Assembly (NCBI GenBank): GCA_018662825.1
Contig: JABJFI010000095.1
Location: forward strand, 1,204 to 65,203
Source of the DNA: Methanobacteriota archaeon
Lineage (GTDB): Archaea; Thermoplasmatota; Poseidoniia; Poseidoniales; Poseidoniaceae
Reading direction: 5' to 3'
Length of the DNA stretch: 64,000 bases
Shown: positions 28,231-38,861 of the stretch, one piece after another
Numbering within the stretch: position 1 is the first letter of the stretch
How the letters are laid out: the number at the start of each line of letters is the position of its first letter
Notes under the pieces: generated by a model
Databases searched by the model: none
Seen by the model: the letters and a program-made list of their open reading frames with translations, nothing else
Told to the model about the DNA's origin: nothing
Program-made: the position numbers and the translations under genes

Positions 28231-28917
28231 TCATTGTACGGAATGGGCCTTGTCAAGCAGCCAGCGATGAAAGCGATAATCACCTGTAAGTTCTGGATGA
28301 AAAGTGAGTGCTAAACGTTGCCCATCAAGAACACCAACGACTTCATCCCCAAAGGAAGCAACGGGTTCACACTCTATATTTGATTGGTCAAATCGTGGAG
28401 CACGAATGAAGACGCCGTGGAATTTTGCCATGTTTCTCGAGACTGTGTGTGTTCCAACGGGTAGTGGCTGATGATTGAACTGATCACGCTTGGCAGTCTC
28501 AAGGGGAACCAGTTCTCCTGAAGGGATTTCAAGTGAGATGTCCAATTCTGCTTCAAATGAGTCGCGTTGTCGGCCCCAAGCATTTCTAGAGATTTGAGCA
28601 CGGAGAAAGGATGCTTGGCCCTCTCCAGGATTTGCCAGAAGAATTGCCCCTGCACAGGTTCCAAGTACGGGGCGTTGTGGATGTTGTTCCATCCAAGAAA
28701 ATAGTGCACTCAAGAGTGATTCGCTTTGACTGGCTTTTCGCATTGCCGTTGATTCACCGCCTGGAAGAATGAGGCAGTCAAGTGATTCATCAACCTCTAA
28801 ACCACTGCGCAATTCAACAATTTCGATATCGATTTCAAGTTGTTGTGAAGCAGCACGCAACGCTTCAGCATGCTCATGGCGAGCACCTTGAAGCATTGCT
28901 AGTCCAACACGCACCAT
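28231..28917 (-). CDS. pdxT: Pyridoxal 5'-phosphate synthase glutaminase subunit PdxT
   Basis: VGLAMLQGARHEH, LILPGGESTAM, GTCAGAILL (catalytic Cys), FHPELTGDYRFHRWLL. About 30 aa longer than usual because of an insert before FIRAP. Confidence 0.8.
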   Translation of the reverse strand: MVRVGLAMLQGARHEHAEALRAASQQLEIDIEIVELRSGLEVDESLDCLILPGGESTAMRKASQSESLLSALFSWMEQHPQRPVLGTCAGAILLANPGEGQASFLRAQISRNAWGRQRDSFEAELDISLEIPSGELVPLETAKRDQFNHQPLPVGTHTVSRNMAKFHGVFIRAPRFDQSNIECEPVASFGDEVVGVLDGQRLALTFHPELTGDYRFHRWLLDKAHSVQ

Positions 28918-28994
28918 GGCTAAGGGTAGAAGCGCTTCCCTAAGAGTTCGATGTCAAAGCCATTTGGAACAAACATGAACGAGGTATTTCCTCC

Positions 28995-30215
28995 ATGGAA
29001 TTGAAGAACCTCCATGTATTGCCACAACCAATGGACCTCAGTCAAGACTGTTTCCTCGTCCCCGGCCCTGTTCGAATGGGGCAACCTTGCCTCGATGCAC
29101 TCGGAACTCCTGTGATGACTGCGCGTGGTAGCGAATATCGTGATGTCATGGCACATCTCAATTCTGGTTTGCGCAATGCCTTCAATTTGGCTCCATCAGA
29201 GCCTGTTCGTGGCGTTCAATCTTGGTCTGGAGATGATGATTACAAGGTCATCGTTGTGTCCGGAAGTGGCACTGCTGCCATGGAGATGGTTATCGCAAAT
29301 CGATTCCGCTCTAATGACCTCGTACTTGTTCCAACCAATGGCAAATTTGGTGAAAGAGTTGCAGAAATTTGTCAACGGTTCTGCAATGTTAAACACCTCA
29401 AATATGAGTGGGGGCGTGCCTTTGACTTGTATGAACTTGAGCAACAACTTGAGCGAGGATGCTATGAATCTCTCCTTATCTGTCACAATGAAACAAGTAC
29501 TGGTATTACTCAAGACGCTGCTGCGATTGCAGAAATGTGTGTGCGACACAACACTTCATTTATCCTTGATGGAATTACATCTGTTGGAGGAATGCCTGTC
29601 CACCCTACCGAGTGGAATGCTGAGGCTGTTGTCATAGGTGCCCAAAAATGTACAGCGGGGCCATCAGGTATTGGAGCTATTGCGATAAATTCGAATTTTA
29701 TTGAACGCGTTCATGCAATTCGTGAGCAGGAGGACTCGAATCCGAATTATTACTTGGACCTAGTTGCTGCTCTCAAAAAAGGAGGCGATGACCAAACTCC
29801 TTGGACACCTGCCATCAATTTGGCCATGGGATGGGGAGCAGCGCTTGAAGTTCTAAAGGATGAATCAAATACTGGCCGTTGGGAACGTTGTGAGAAGATG
29901 GCAAATGGCGTCCGAAATCTCTTTTTGGATCTCGGCTTTGAATTGCTTGCCGATTCAGAGCAACGAAGTAATACAGTCACTGCAATACTATACCCCGAAG
30001 GTATTGACGATTCTTGGAGAACTCGTTTAAAGGAAGATTACAACACCCAAGTTATTGGTGCACAAGACCATCTCAAGGGCAAAATGTTTCGTGTCGGTTC
30101 AATGGGGGAAACACCAGTGAGTGAAATGGTTGAGGGATGCAAGCGTATGATTGATTGCTTCAATTCATTTGACATGAACCTCCCGGATATCGATATTGAA
30201 TCTTATTTCGCCTGA
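28995..30215 (+). CDS. Class V aminotransferase (AGXT / serine-pyruvate / phosphoserine aminotransferase family)
   Basis: FLVPGPVRMGQP start pattern, VVSGSGTAAMEM, CHNETSTG, DGITSVGG, QKCTAGPSG (PLP-Lys region). Substrate not assignable by eye. Confidence 0.75.
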   Translation: MELKNLHVLPQPMDLSQDCFLVPGPVRMGQPCLDALGTPVMTARGSEYRDVMAHLNSGLRNAFNLAPSEPVRGVQSWSGDDDYKVIVVSGSGTAAMEMVIANRFRSNDLVLVPTNGKFGERVAEICQRFCNVKHLKYEWGRAFDLYELEQQLERGCYESLLICHNETSTGITQDAAAIAEMCVRHNTSFILDGITSVGGMPVHPTEWNAEAVVIGAQKCTAGPSGIGAIAINSNFIERVHAIREQEDSNPNYYLDLVAALKKGGDDQTPWTPAINLAMGWGAALEVLKDESNTGRWERCEKMANGVRNLFLDLGFELLADSEQRSNTVTAILYPEGIDDSWRTRLKEDYNTQVIGAQDHLKGKMFRVGSMGETPVSEMVEGCKRMIDCFNSFDMNLPDIDIESYFA

Positions 30216-30224
30216 GGCATTGCT

Positions 30225-30776
30225 ATGACTAGATACATCGTGCTAGGGCGTTTTCAACCCTTTCACATGGGACATCAATATTTGGTACAATCTGCATTCA
30301 GCAATATTGGGGAAGGTGACCAACTGATAATTGCTATTGGTTCAAAGCAGGCCGGCTGGGAACCAAATAATCCTTGGACTGCTGAAGAACGTGAGGCTAT
30401 GATTCTCGCATGGGCACAACAATCTGACATCATCGTAGAAATCGTCGCCATTGAAGATATCAATGACCCTCCAAATTGGGTTGCACATGCCAAAAGTTTC
30501 CATGGAGAAGGTGTTCTTGTCACTACCGATGAGCCGACTGCACAGTTGTATCGAAATGCTGGGTTTGAGGTACTTGAACCTCAAATGAAAAATCGTGAAT
30601 TGTTTGAAGGATGGCGGGTACGACAAACAGCAAAAATGCTCTCTACAGTATACGATGATGAGGCTGTGCGTGAAGTGCTCAAAACAAGTATACCTAAACC
30701 AGTCATTGAATGGCTAATAGACAATGATGCTTTGTTTCGGCTTTCAACTTTTGAAACTGGAGTTCATGCGGGATGA
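30225..30776 (+). CDS. Nicotinamide-nucleotide adenylyltransferase, archaeal type
   Basis: VLGRFQPFHMGHQYLV (the (H/T)xGH nucleotidyltransferase motif) and IIAIGSKQ. Overall parallel to M. jannaschii NMNAT. Confidence 0.8.
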   Translation: MTRYIVLGRFQPFHMGHQYLVQSAFSNIGEGDQLIIAIGSKQAGWEPNNPWTAEEREAMILAWAQQSDIIVEIVAIEDINDPPNWVAHAKSFHGEGVLVTTDEPTAQLYRNAGFEVLEPQMKNRELFEGWRVRQTAKMLSTVYDDEAVREVLKTSIPKPVIEWLIDNDALFRLSTFETGVHAG

Positions 30777-31070
30777 TTACTTTTTGAAGAATTTCTTTTT
30801 CACTTCTTTCTTCATTTGCTCCTTTGCCATCGCTTGTATTTTTTCTTCGGCTTTGGCTTTGATACCGCTCGCAACACCAGAGAGTTTCTCCTTAGCAGCC
30901 TCCTTTACCGGCTTTGTTAATTCATCAACAACTTGACGTTTTGCAGAACCTGCAGCCGACTTTGCGGCTTTCTTAGCAGCGTCACCTGCAGCACCTGCGG
31001 CTTTACCTGCGAATTTTTTGACCATGTGATGATGATAACTGTCCCACACATGAAACTTTGGTTCATTCAT
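30777..31070 (-). CDS. Small Lys/Ala-rich protein (predicted amphipathic or disordered)
   Basis: 97 aa, ...KKFAGKAAGAAGDAAKKAAKSAAGSAKRQ...KAKAEEKIQAMAKEQMKKEVKKKFFKK. Its ATG lies inside the grpE stop region (ATGAATGA, 8-nt overlap). Confidence 0.45.
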   Translation of the reverse strand: MNEPKFHVWDSYHHHMVKKFAGKAAGAAGDAAKKAAKSAAGSAKRQVVDELTKPVKEAAKEKLSGVASGIKAKAEEKIQAMAKEQMKKEVKKKFFKK

Positions 31071-31644
31071 CTGATGCTACAACAACACGTGCTGCCAAAA
31101 GAATACGTTGCTTGTACATATATCCGGATTCAAGAACATCAACAACACTTCCTGCTGGGAATGCTTCTGAGGCGGGAATGGTAGTTATCGCTTCCATTTT
31201 TGCCGGGTCAAAAGGCTGATTTTTTGCTTCAATTGCAGTAACGCCATCTGCTGAAAGTTCGTGCCACATCTTGTTTCGCAAGAGGCGTAGGCCTTGGGCA
31301 ACTGCGGATGAATCATCTTGGTCAAGATTTCCTAATGCACGGTCAACATCTCCAAGAACAGTAAGCATCCGCCGAGCAAGGCCCATTCCACTGTATTGTA
31401 TGAGGTCGGCTTTTTCAGACATCAAGCGTTTTCGAACATTTTGAATTTCAGCATCTTTGTAGGCGATTTCTTTCTCTGCTTTTTCAGCACGAGCAAGCGC
31501 CTCTTCCAATGGGTCTTGCTCTTCGATTTCTATCGAATCAGCCAAGTCAATGGTATCCATTCCATCTTCGACAATTGGGATGGAGTCATCCATTTCAGTG
31601 AGGTTTTCTTCAGGTTCTTCCGAAGGTACTTCGTCACTCATCAT
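31063..31644 (-). CDS. grpE: Nucleotide exchange factor GrpE
   Basis: Acidic N-terminus, long helix AEIQNVRKRLMSEKADLIQY, C-terminal beta domain FDPAKMEAI...GYMYKQRILLAARVVV, typical of GrpE. Confidence 0.8.
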   Translation of the reverse strand: MMSDEVPSEEPEENLTEMDDSIPIVEDGMDTIDLADSIEIEEQDPLEEALARAEKAEKEIAYKDAEIQNVRKRLMSEKADLIQYSGMGLARRMLTVLGDVDRALGNLDQDDSSAVAQGLRLLRNKMWHELSADGVTAIEAKNQPFDPAKMEAITTIPASEAFPAGSVVDVLESGYMYKQRILLAARVVVASDE

Positions 31645-31680
31645 GTTAGCCGTTACGGAAGTGGTCTTTGAACCCCTCGT

Positions 31681-32481
31681 TTAATCCAGAAGGTATTGAC
31701 GAAGATTCCAGATGCCATGACCCCACTGTTCAGGCTTCAAGTGCTCTCTTCCCAAAATTCCAACAAGATGTGGGTCTGATTGGCATAGGGTGATTGTGTA
31801 AACCAATGCACGTGTTGCTCGGTCATGCGCCTCAAAAGTCGGAACTATTTTTGGGTCCTCGTTTTCATCAAGGGTTTCACCAAGTTGTTTCCGCCGTTCC
31901 ATCCAGTCCATGCAAACTGATTCGGCGAATTCTTCTTCTGGCAGACCATTAAGACACTGGATGAGTTCTTCCCATGTAGATTCAGCATACAAGTCAGTAC
32001 TGTCTGCAATTGTTCTCTTCAAGGCAACGTCAAGATAGAGAAATGCTCGGCCTTCCCAAACTTCCCAAGCCCCTGGGCTTGACCATTCCATGAGATGGAG
32101 AAGACCTTGTGCTCCATCAGGTAGCAAACGTAGAATTTCCATGACGTTTCCAGTGTGGTTATGCTCAATGGAATCCATCCAATCGAGAATTTCAGACTCA
32201 CTGTCGATATCGTATGCCCGCTTCAATCGTTGATCGTATGAAGGTCGAAGGTCACGGAATGTTGCTTTTTCCATTCCCGCATAAAGCTCGTCCCAAGATT
32301 GATTGAGAAGCATTTTCAGACACGGTTCATCAACAAGCAACAGAACCATTTCGATGCCCATACCCGAATCCAATAGGCCGAGTGGTTTGATGTCATCGGC
32401 TATAAAATGAAGATTTGAAAACTGTCTATCAACTGATTCAAGAGAAGAGTATTCAAGAAGACCGGTTGACCCGAGGCACAT
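31681..32481 (-). CDS. Hypothetical acidic cytoplasmic protein
   Basis: 266-aa ORF with protein-like composition. No motif recognised. Confidence 0.5.
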   Translation of the reverse strand: MCLGSTGLLEYSSLESVDRQFSNLHFIADDIKPLGLLDSGMGIEMVLLLVDEPCLKMLLNQSWDELYAGMEKATFRDLRPSYDQRLKRAYDIDSESEILDWMDSIEHNHTGNVMEILRLLPDGAQGLLHLMEWSSPGAWEVWEGRAFLYLDVALKRTIADSTDLYAESTWEELIQCLNGLPEEEFAESVCMDWMERRKQLGETLDENEDPKIVPTFEAHDRATRALVYTITLCQSDPHLVGILGREHLKPEQWGHGIWNLRQYLLD

Positions 32482-32492
32482 GAGGCTTCGTT

Positions 32493-33608
32493 ATGGCGAC
32501 TATTAAGGAGCAGATCGAATTGATCCGTGCCGAGATTGACAAGACTCAAAAAAACAAAGCTACTAATGCCCATATTGGAAAGCTTAAAGCCAAAATAGCA
32601 CAGTTGAAAATCAAGGAAGAAAAGGCTCATGCTCATTCCAAAGCCAGTGGTGGCGGAAAAGGGTTTGAAGTCAAAAAGTCTGGTGATGCAACAGTAGCAT
32701 TGGTTGGATTCCCCTCCGTAGGAAAATCAACATTAATTTCAAAAGTAACTGATGCACACTCTGAGGTTGCTGGTTATGCCTTTACCACCTTAACATGTAT
32801 TCCCGGTGTAATGGAACATCGCGGGGCTAAAATTCAGATTTTGGATTTACCTGGTCTTATCAAGGGAGCCGCTGAAGGAAAGGGACGAGGCCGGGAAATT
32901 CTCAACGTCATTCGTAGTGCAGATATGGTCCTCTATATTGTCGACCCATTCCAAGATGCCCACTTCAATGTCCTCCATCGCGAATTGCATAATGCCGGCC
33001 TTCGACTCAATGAAACAAAACCTCCCGTGTTCATTAAACGAACTGAGCGCGGTGGAATCGATGTTCGTACAACTGTTGAACAGACACATCTCTCGAATGT
33101 GGAGATGAGTGAAATAATTCGCTCCTTCGGCTATACTTCGGCCATTGTAACACTTAGGAATGATACTACTGCTGAACAGATTGTCGATTGTTTGGCCGAA
33201 AATCGAATCTATGAAAAAGCAGTCATTGCTATCAATAAAATCGATATTGCTACCGAAGAGGATTTGGTTCGTTCGCGCAAATCCCTTCCACAAAATTGGC
33301 CGGTTATGCGAATTTCTGCTTTCAAAGACATTGGATTAGATGAATTGAAAGATTTCATCTACGATAACCTTGGATTCATGAGGGTCTTTCTCAAACCTCA
33401 AGGTCAAGAGGCCGACCTTGAGGAGCCACTCATTGTCAAAGATGACTCAACTGTTAAACACATCTGCAATAAATTGCACAGAGACTTTGTCCGCAAATTC
33501 CGCTATGCTCGCGTCAAAGGACCGAGTGCTAAATTTGATTGGCAACGGGTTGGATTAGACCATCTACTCAAAGATGGCGACTTGTTAACCATCGTCGTTC
33601 GACGTTGA
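32493..33608 (+). CDS. DRG-family (Obg-like) GTPase with C-terminal TGS domain
   Basis: GFPSVGKSTL (G1), FTTLTCIPG (G2), DLPGLI (G3), NKID (G4). TGS-like end ARVKGPSAKFDWQRVGLDHLLKDGDLLTIV. Confidence 0.88.
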   Translation: MATIKEQIELIRAEIDKTQKNKATNAHIGKLKAKIAQLKIKEEKAHAHSKASGGGKGFEVKKSGDATVALVGFPSVGKSTLISKVTDAHSEVAGYAFTTLTCIPGVMEHRGAKIQILDLPGLIKGAAEGKGRGREILNVIRSADMVLYIVDPFQDAHFNVLHRELHNAGLRLNETKPPVFIKRTERGGIDVRTTVEQTHLSNVEMSEIIRSFGYTSAIVTLRNDTTAEQIVDCLAENRIYEKAVIAINKIDIATEEDLVRSRKSLPQNWPVMRISAFKDIGLDELKDFIYDNLGFMRVFLKPQGQEADLEEPLIVKDDSTVKHICNKLHRDFVRKFRYARVKGPSAKFDWQRVGLDHLLKDGDLLTIVVRR

Positions 33609-33926
33609 TTAATCCCAAATCCCCATATCCATTCTCGCATCTTCGGTTGCATGTATTTTGGGGTCCCAACGTGGAGTCCAAACCAGATTAATATGGACAC
33701 TTTCAAGCCCTTCAGTTAGCAATGCAGCCCGATGTGCTGCGGCCATTATTTCAGGTGCGGCAGGGCAACCTGGAGAGGTGAGTGTCAAATCAATTTCAGC
33801 ATGTATGATTTCATCCTTCTTCTCAAAACGAACATCATAAACTAGACCCAATTCTACAATCGAGAGTTCCAATTCAGGGTCTTCTACTCCATCTAATTGA
33901 TTCATCACATCTTGCTTTTCAACCAT
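33609..33926 (-). CDS. DUF59 / SufT-MIP18-family Fe-S assembly protein
   Basis: VEDPELELSIVELGLVYDV...LTLTSPGCPAAPEI, the canonical DUF59 pattern with the conserved Cys. Confidence 0.75.
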   Translation of the reverse strand: MVEKQDVMNQLDGVEDPELELSIVELGLVYDVRFEKKDEIIHAEIDLTLTSPGCPAAPEIMAAAHRAALLTEGLESVHINLVWTPRWDPKIHATEDARMDMGIWD

Positions 33927-33935
33927 ACAATCACC

Positions 33936-34346
33936 TTACACAAATTCTCGAATCTCTTTCATCACTTTGTCGAACATGTTTCGGAAGCCATTGGAACGAC
34001 TTGGTGAAAGTGAATTTAGAATACCCATTTCTTCAGCAAAATCTGCGGATAGAAGCAAGGCTTGAGCTGGAGCACTACCGTTGATAGCAATTGTGAGAAT
34101 ACCCATTAAACCCTGTACTAGTTTCGCATCTGCTCCAGAAAATAGGAGTACCTTGCCATCATCTATTTCGACATGCACATGCGCTTCAGATTGACAACCT
34201 TGTACTTTTGAGTCATTATTCCATTGTTCAGGGGGATAAGGGACTACTTCGTCTGCCATGTCAAACACCATTTCAAGGCGCTCCATTTTATCGTCGACTT
34301 CCTGAAACTCTTCGATTAATTCGGCTAAATCTTTGGGGTAAGTCAT
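33936..34346 (-). CDS. sufE: Cysteine desulfuration protein SufE
   Basis: 136 aa. ...NDSKVQGCQSEAHV (persulfide Cys in the GC.S motif) ...GADAKLVQGLMGIL... Confidence 0.75.
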   Translation of the reverse strand: MTYPKDLAELIEEFQEVDDKMERLEMVFDMADEVVPYPPEQWNNDSKVQGCQSEAHVHVEIDDGKVLLFSGADAKLVQGLMGILTIAINGSAPAQALLLSADFAEEMGILNSLSPSRSNGFRNMFDKVMKEIREFV

Positions 34347-35536
34347 CCGAACCTCTCCGTTATTTCTTTCAATTGCTCGATAAAGAGTTGAGCCTCTTCA
34401 ATCGTATTATACAGATAAAATGAGGCCCTAACTGTACTTGCTATTCCTAGCCGGTTCAGCAAAGGTTGAGCGCAATGGTGGCCTGTGCGAACTGCAAAAC
34501 CTCGTGAATCAAACAAGTGTGCTAAATCCTCGCTGTGAATTGTCGGGTGGAGAAAGGAGACAACTGCACTGTCTAATTCCTCATGTCGCCCATAAACTGA
34601 CATACCCATTGTGCGTAATTGTTCAGCCACCCAACGAGCAATCTTGATCAAACGTTGGTGCTCCTTCTTCAAGTCGAGTTTTGACATCCAATCGAGTGCT
34701 GCAGACCAGCCAACGGCCTCAGCGATTCTTGGAGTGCCTGCTTCGAATTTGTGTTCATCAGTTTGATAGGTTGAACCATCGACAGTAACCGTTTCAATCA
34801 TATCACCTCCACCCATGAAGGGTTGCATTGTTTCAAAAACCTCAGAATCGATTAGAAGCGCACCGATTCCAGTGGGGCCACACATTTTGTGAGCAGAGAA
34901 TGCCATAAAATCTGCACCACATTCTTGGAAATCAATGCGTTCATGTGGGACTCCTTGAGCGGCATCCACCAAAACCAATGTGTCGTTGGCATGGGCCATT
35001 TGAATTATATCTTCCAATGGATTTCGAACGCCTAATACATTGGACGTATGGACTACGCACACAAGTTTGGCACCTTCCAATGATGCAGCATATATGTCCA
35101 TGTCAAGGGTAAAATCTTCAAGTACAGGGATATATCTTAACTCGATTTTTCGCTCTTCAGCAAGCATTTGCCAAGGGACAATATCGGAATGATGTTCCAT
35201 TTCAGTCAGGACAATGACATCTCCTGCGGAAAGATTTGCTCGCCCCCACGAGTGGGCTACCAAATTAATGGCTTCAGTGGTACCGCTGGTCATAACTACT
35301 CTTTCGGCGTTGAACCAATTTTTCAATTGCTGGCGGCATGTTTCATATCCCTCGGTTGCTTCTCCTGCAAGTGTATGTACTGCGCGGTGGACATTTGCGT
35401 TTGAAGAGGTATAGTATTCATTCATCGCATCCAAAACAATTTGTGGTTTCTGAGTTGTTGCTGCATTGTCAAGGTAAATCAATGGAAATCCATTGACCTC
35501 GCGCTTAAGAATTGGAAAATCATCTCGGATAGCCAT
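34343..35536 (-). CDS. sufS: Cysteine desulfurase SufS (group II)
   Basis: FPILKREVNGFPLIYLDNAATTQKP, SAHKMCGPTGIG (PLP Lys), RTGHHCAQPL (active-site Cys loop of group II enzymes). Confidence 0.9.
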   Translation of the reverse strand: MAIRDDFPILKREVNGFPLIYLDNAATTQKPQIVLDAMNEYYTSSNANVHRAVHTLAGEATEGYETCRQQLKNWFNAERVVMTSGTTEAINLVAHSWGRANLSAGDVIVLTEMEHHSDIVPWQMLAEERKIELRYIPVLEDFTLDMDIYAASLEGAKLVCVVHTSNVLGVRNPLEDIIQMAHANDTLVLVDAAQGVPHERIDFQECGADFMAFSAHKMCGPTGIGALLIDSEVFETMQPFMGGGDMIETVTVDGSTYQTDEHKFEAGTPRIAEAVGWSAALDWMSKLDLKKEHQRLIKIARWVAEQLRTMGMSVYGRHEELDSAVVSFLHPTIHSEDLAHLFDSRGFAVRTGHHCAQPLLNRLGIASTVRASFYLYNTIEEAQLFIEQLKEITERFG

Positions 35537-35540
35537 AAGA

Positions 35541-36581
35541 TCACCTTCTCAATTCACATTCAAGGTGAACTGTCAGTCGTGTTCGCATTTCTTCTATGAG
35601 GCATTTATTGGTAAGATTTGAAAATGCATTAAGAAGGAAACCATGGACAATCATGGATTGCGCTTCTTGAGGATTCAAGCCTCTAGACATTAGATAATGC
35701 ATTTGGTTACGGTCGATAGGAGCACTTGCTGCACCATGAGCTGCAGAAACATCATCTGCAAGAACTTCCAGTTCTGGAATCGCCTCTGCCCTTGCTTTTT
35801 CTGAAAGAAGAAGATTGCGAAACACTTGCGATGCATCGGATTTATCAGCACCTTCTGTGATTGTAAGAAGTCCGGTGCCAATAAAATGGCTACTACCGCC
35901 ACATGCTGAATTCATTACCAAATTTGAATATGTATGGCCGTGGAGATGTTGAATCTCCACGTGTTCATCATCATGTCGAGCGCCAATGGCATTGACCGTA
36001 ATTGATTGGCGAATCGATGCACCAGTTCCATTCAAGGTAGTTCGCATATCTGATTTACATCGAAAACCTCCGACTGATAGAGTAGCATGTTCAAGTTCAG
36101 CATCTCGCTCTACAGTCCAATCTTCACATCGAAGAAATTTGCTATTCGAATCGAGTTCATTGATAAATCCAAAAGATAGGTGAGCATTTGGATGAATTTT
36201 TCCCGTGATATGAAGTCCAACCCATTCAGGTTCACCCGAAATATGAATGAATACCACGGCTGAATCTTTGACTTCAAGTTCTAAATGCCCCACAGCAATG
36301 TGTCCTGATGCACGGGCATTGATGTGAATAGGGTCTGATTGTCCAGAGATTACCATGCGATGGCATGAACTCCCAGTTGCATGCAAAAAGGACCGAGCAA
36401 TGTCATCGAAGTTATCTGCGGCTTGAGGAATAGTTTCAAAGGATTCTCGCCCCTCAAGTGAAAAAATCACATCAGCAGCAATCGGGACTTCATCTATTGA
36501 ACTAGGATGGATTCGAGGCCAAGGGGTATAGCGCCACAAATGTTCTGAACGAGGGGGGATTGCCATCTGCTGATAATTCAT
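35541..36581 (-). CDS. sufD: Fe-S cluster assembly protein SufD
   Basis: Beta-helix region with ...[46 protein letters not shown], the SufD C-terminal signature. 4-nt overlap with sufB. Confidence 0.8.
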   Translation of the reverse strand: MNYQQMAIPPRSEHLWRYTPWPRIHPSSIDEVPIAADVIFSLEGRESFETIPQAADNFDDIARSFLHATGSSCHRMVISGQSDPIHINARASGHIAVGHLELEVKDSAVVFIHISGEPEWVGLHITGKIHPNAHLSFGFINELDSNSKFLRCEDWTVERDAELEHATLSVGGFRCKSDMRTTLNGTGASIRQSITVNAIGARHDDEHVEIQHLHGHTYSNLVMNSACGGSSHFIGTGLLTITEGADKSDASQVFRNLLLSEKARAEAIPELEVLADDVSAAHGAASAPIDRNQMHYLMSRGLNPQEAQSMIVHGFLLNAFSNLTNKCLIEEMRTRLTVHLECELRR

Positions 36582-37984
36582 CCAATGGAACCCTCCATTT
36601 CCAATTCGATTAATTTGTTCAATTCAACTGCGTATTCCATAGGCAGTTCTCTTGTGAATGGTTCAAAGAATCCATTGACAATCAAGCCCATCGCCTCATC
36701 TTCTGTAAATCCACGGCTCATGAGATAGAATAGTTGGTCACTTGAAACCTTAGAAACACTCGCTTCGTGTTCCAAATCGGAGGTGGAATTTCCTATTTCC
36801 ATTGTAGGATAGGTGTCTGAACGTGAGTGTTCATCTAAGATTAAAGCGTCACAAACCACCTTTGAGCGACAACCGGTCGATTTGGGAGTGACTTGTAATA
36901 ATCCGCGGTACGAGGAACGACCACCGTTCTTTGAAATTGATTTGGAAAGTATATTCGAGGTTGTGTTAGATGCGAGGTGGTGCACTTTTGCACCGGTATC
37001 TTGATGTTGTCCATTTCCTGCATAAGCGACGGAGATTACTTCTGCATGGGCACCTTCTCCTTTGAGAAGAACTGATGGATACTTCATGGTCAATTTCGAC
37101 CCTATGTTTCCATCGACCCATTCAATCGTTGCATTTTTGTGTGCAATAGCCCGCTTGGTCACAAGGTTGTATACATTACTCGACCAGTTTTGAACGGTAG
37201 AGTAGCGGATTTTGGCACCTTCCATCGCTATGAGTTCAACGACTGCGGAATGCAATGAATCGGTTGAATAATTCGGGGCAGTACAGCCCTCTACATAGTG
37301 AACAGTGCTTCCTTCATCAGCAATGATGAGCGTTCGCTCAAATTGCCCCATATTCTTCGCATTTATTCGAAAGTACGCTTGAACCGGCATCTCAACACTA
37401 ACTCCTTTTGGAATGTAAAGGAAAGAACCACCTGACCAAACAGCAGTATTGAGGGCTGAGAATTTATTATCGCTGTGAGGAACAACCGTTCCAAAATACT
37501 TCTTGATAATATCAGGATATTGCTTGAGACCAGAATCCATGTCGAGGAATATGACTCCTTGTTCCTCCAAATCTTCACGGATGGAGTGGTAGACCGCTTC
37601 AGATTCATATTGTGCAGTAACGCCTCCAAGCCACTTTTGTTCAGCCTCTGGAATTCCAAGTCGATTAAACGTATTCTTGATGTCATCTGGGACATCGTCC
37701 CAAGACTTTTCTGTTTTGTCGGAGGACCGCAAGAAGTAGGTCACATTTTCAAAATCAATCATGTTGAGTAGTGAACAATTGCCCCACTCCGGCATCACGC
37801 GCTCTACAAAATGGCGGTAGGCTTTTACTCGGATATCAGTCATCCATTTTGGCTCATTTTTTAGTTCAGAGATGTCCCTTACGACCTGCTCAGAAAGACC
37901 CTTATCAAAACGAATCGTTGAATTTTCAGGGTCATGAAAACCATAGCGGTAATCGCCAATGAGTTCTTGAGCGTCATCAGTCAT
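36578..37984 (-). CDS. sufB: Fe-S cluster assembly scaffold SufB
   Basis: YRYGFHDPE, ...[10 protein letters not shown]..., [35 protein letters not shown], all classic SufB blocks. Confidence 0.92.
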   Translation of the reverse strand: MTDDAQELIGDYRYGFHDPENSTIRFDKGLSEQVVRDISELKNEPKWMTDIRVKAYRHFVERVMPEWGNCSLLNMIDFENVTYFLRSSDKTEKSWDDVPDDIKNTFNRLGIPEAEQKWLGGVTAQYESEAVYHSIREDLEEQGVIFLDMDSGLKQYPDIIKKYFGTVVPHSDNKFSALNTAVWSGGSFLYIPKGVSVEMPVQAYFRINAKNMGQFERTLIIADEGSTVHYVEGCTAPNYSTDSLHSAVVELIAMEGAKIRYSTVQNWSSNVYNLVTKRAIAHKNATIEWVDGNIGSKLTMKYPSVLLKGEGAHAEVISVAYAGNGQHQDTGAKVHHLASNTTSNILSKSISKNGGRSSYRGLLQVTPKSTGCRSKVVCDALILDEHSRSDTYPTMEIGNSTSDLEHEASVSKVSSDQLFYLMSRGFTEDEAMGLIVNGFFEPFTRELPMEYAVELNKLIELEMEGSIG

Positions 37985-37993
37985 TTCAACACC

Positions 37994-38737
37994 TCAAACA
38001 GCCATATCAAGCCAATCATATCCTCTATCTTCTAGTTCAAGTGCAAGTTCTGGTCCACCTGTTTGAACAATAACGCCATCCATCATTGCGTGAACAAAGT
38101 GTGGCTTTACTAAATCTAATAATCTCTGGTAATGAGTGATAATAAGGCAAGCAGAGTCAACTGCCACTTCGTTGATACCCTTAGCAACTATCCGCAATGC
38201 ATCAATATCTAGGCCTGAATCAGTTTCATCTAGCAAAGCGAGATTTGGTTGTAACAAAAGCATTTGCAAAATCTCAAGTCGCTTCTTTTCCCCACCACTA
38301 AAACCATCATTGACATAGCGAGAAAGGAAACTTTTGTCCATGGCTAGTTGCTCCATAGCGGCGGTCAATTCCTTCCGAAATTCGCGACCCTTTGGTGGCT
38401 CATCCCGAACTGATGCCACTGATTTCTTGAGAAAGGTTCCAACCTGAACGCCAGGAATCGCAGCTGGGTATTGGAAAGAAAGGAACATTCCCGCTCGAGC
38501 ACGCTCAAACACTGCAAGATTTTCCAAAGGTTGGCCTTGATAAAAAATTCTGCCTTCTGTTATCACATATGCCGGATGGCCCATGACTACGTTTGCCAAA
38601 GTGGACTTTCCTGCCCCATTACGCCCCATTATTGCATGAATCTCGCCGCGGTGAATGATGAGATTTACACCTTTGAGAATGGCTGTCCCTTCAACGCTAA
38701 CATGGAGGTTTTCAATTCTCAAGATCTCCTCCGCCAT
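37994..38737 (-). CDS. sufC: Fe-S cluster assembly ATPase SufC
   Basis: GRNGAGKSTL Walker A, FSGGEKKR signature, LALLDETDSGLD Walker B, ITH. ATG at 38737 with AGGTGA 6 nt upstream (the track start is GTG). Confidence 0.92.
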   Translation of the reverse strand: MAEEILRIENLHVSVEGTAILKGVNLIIHRGEIHAIMGRNGAGKSTLANVVMGHPAYVITEGRIFYQGQPLENLAVFERARAGMFLSFQYPAAIPGVQVGTFLKKSVASVRDEPPKGREFRKELTAAMEQLAMDKSFLSRYVNDGFSGGEKKRLEILQMLLLQPNLALLDETDSGLDIDALRIVAKGINEVAVDSACLIITHYQRLLDLVKPHFVHAMMDGVIVQTGGPELALELEDRGYDWLDMAV

Positions 38738-38861
38738 AGCCCTCACCTAATTGCCCCTCGCGGGACTCCTTTATGAAGTGGTGTAATCGCGGTAAAGAGA
38801 GGTGATAGCGAGGATACCAAGTCATAACAGAATTGAAGAATAAGTATGATGAGGACATGGT

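Noticed and set aside
27088-28917. pdxT (without pdxS) directly upstream of a COG2108-like radical SAM gene, as a possible novel cofactor pathway
   Set aside because: Only a 6-nt gap and a shared strand support linkage. Both families are widespread and pdxS may simply be elsewhere. There is not enough evidence for a functional claim.
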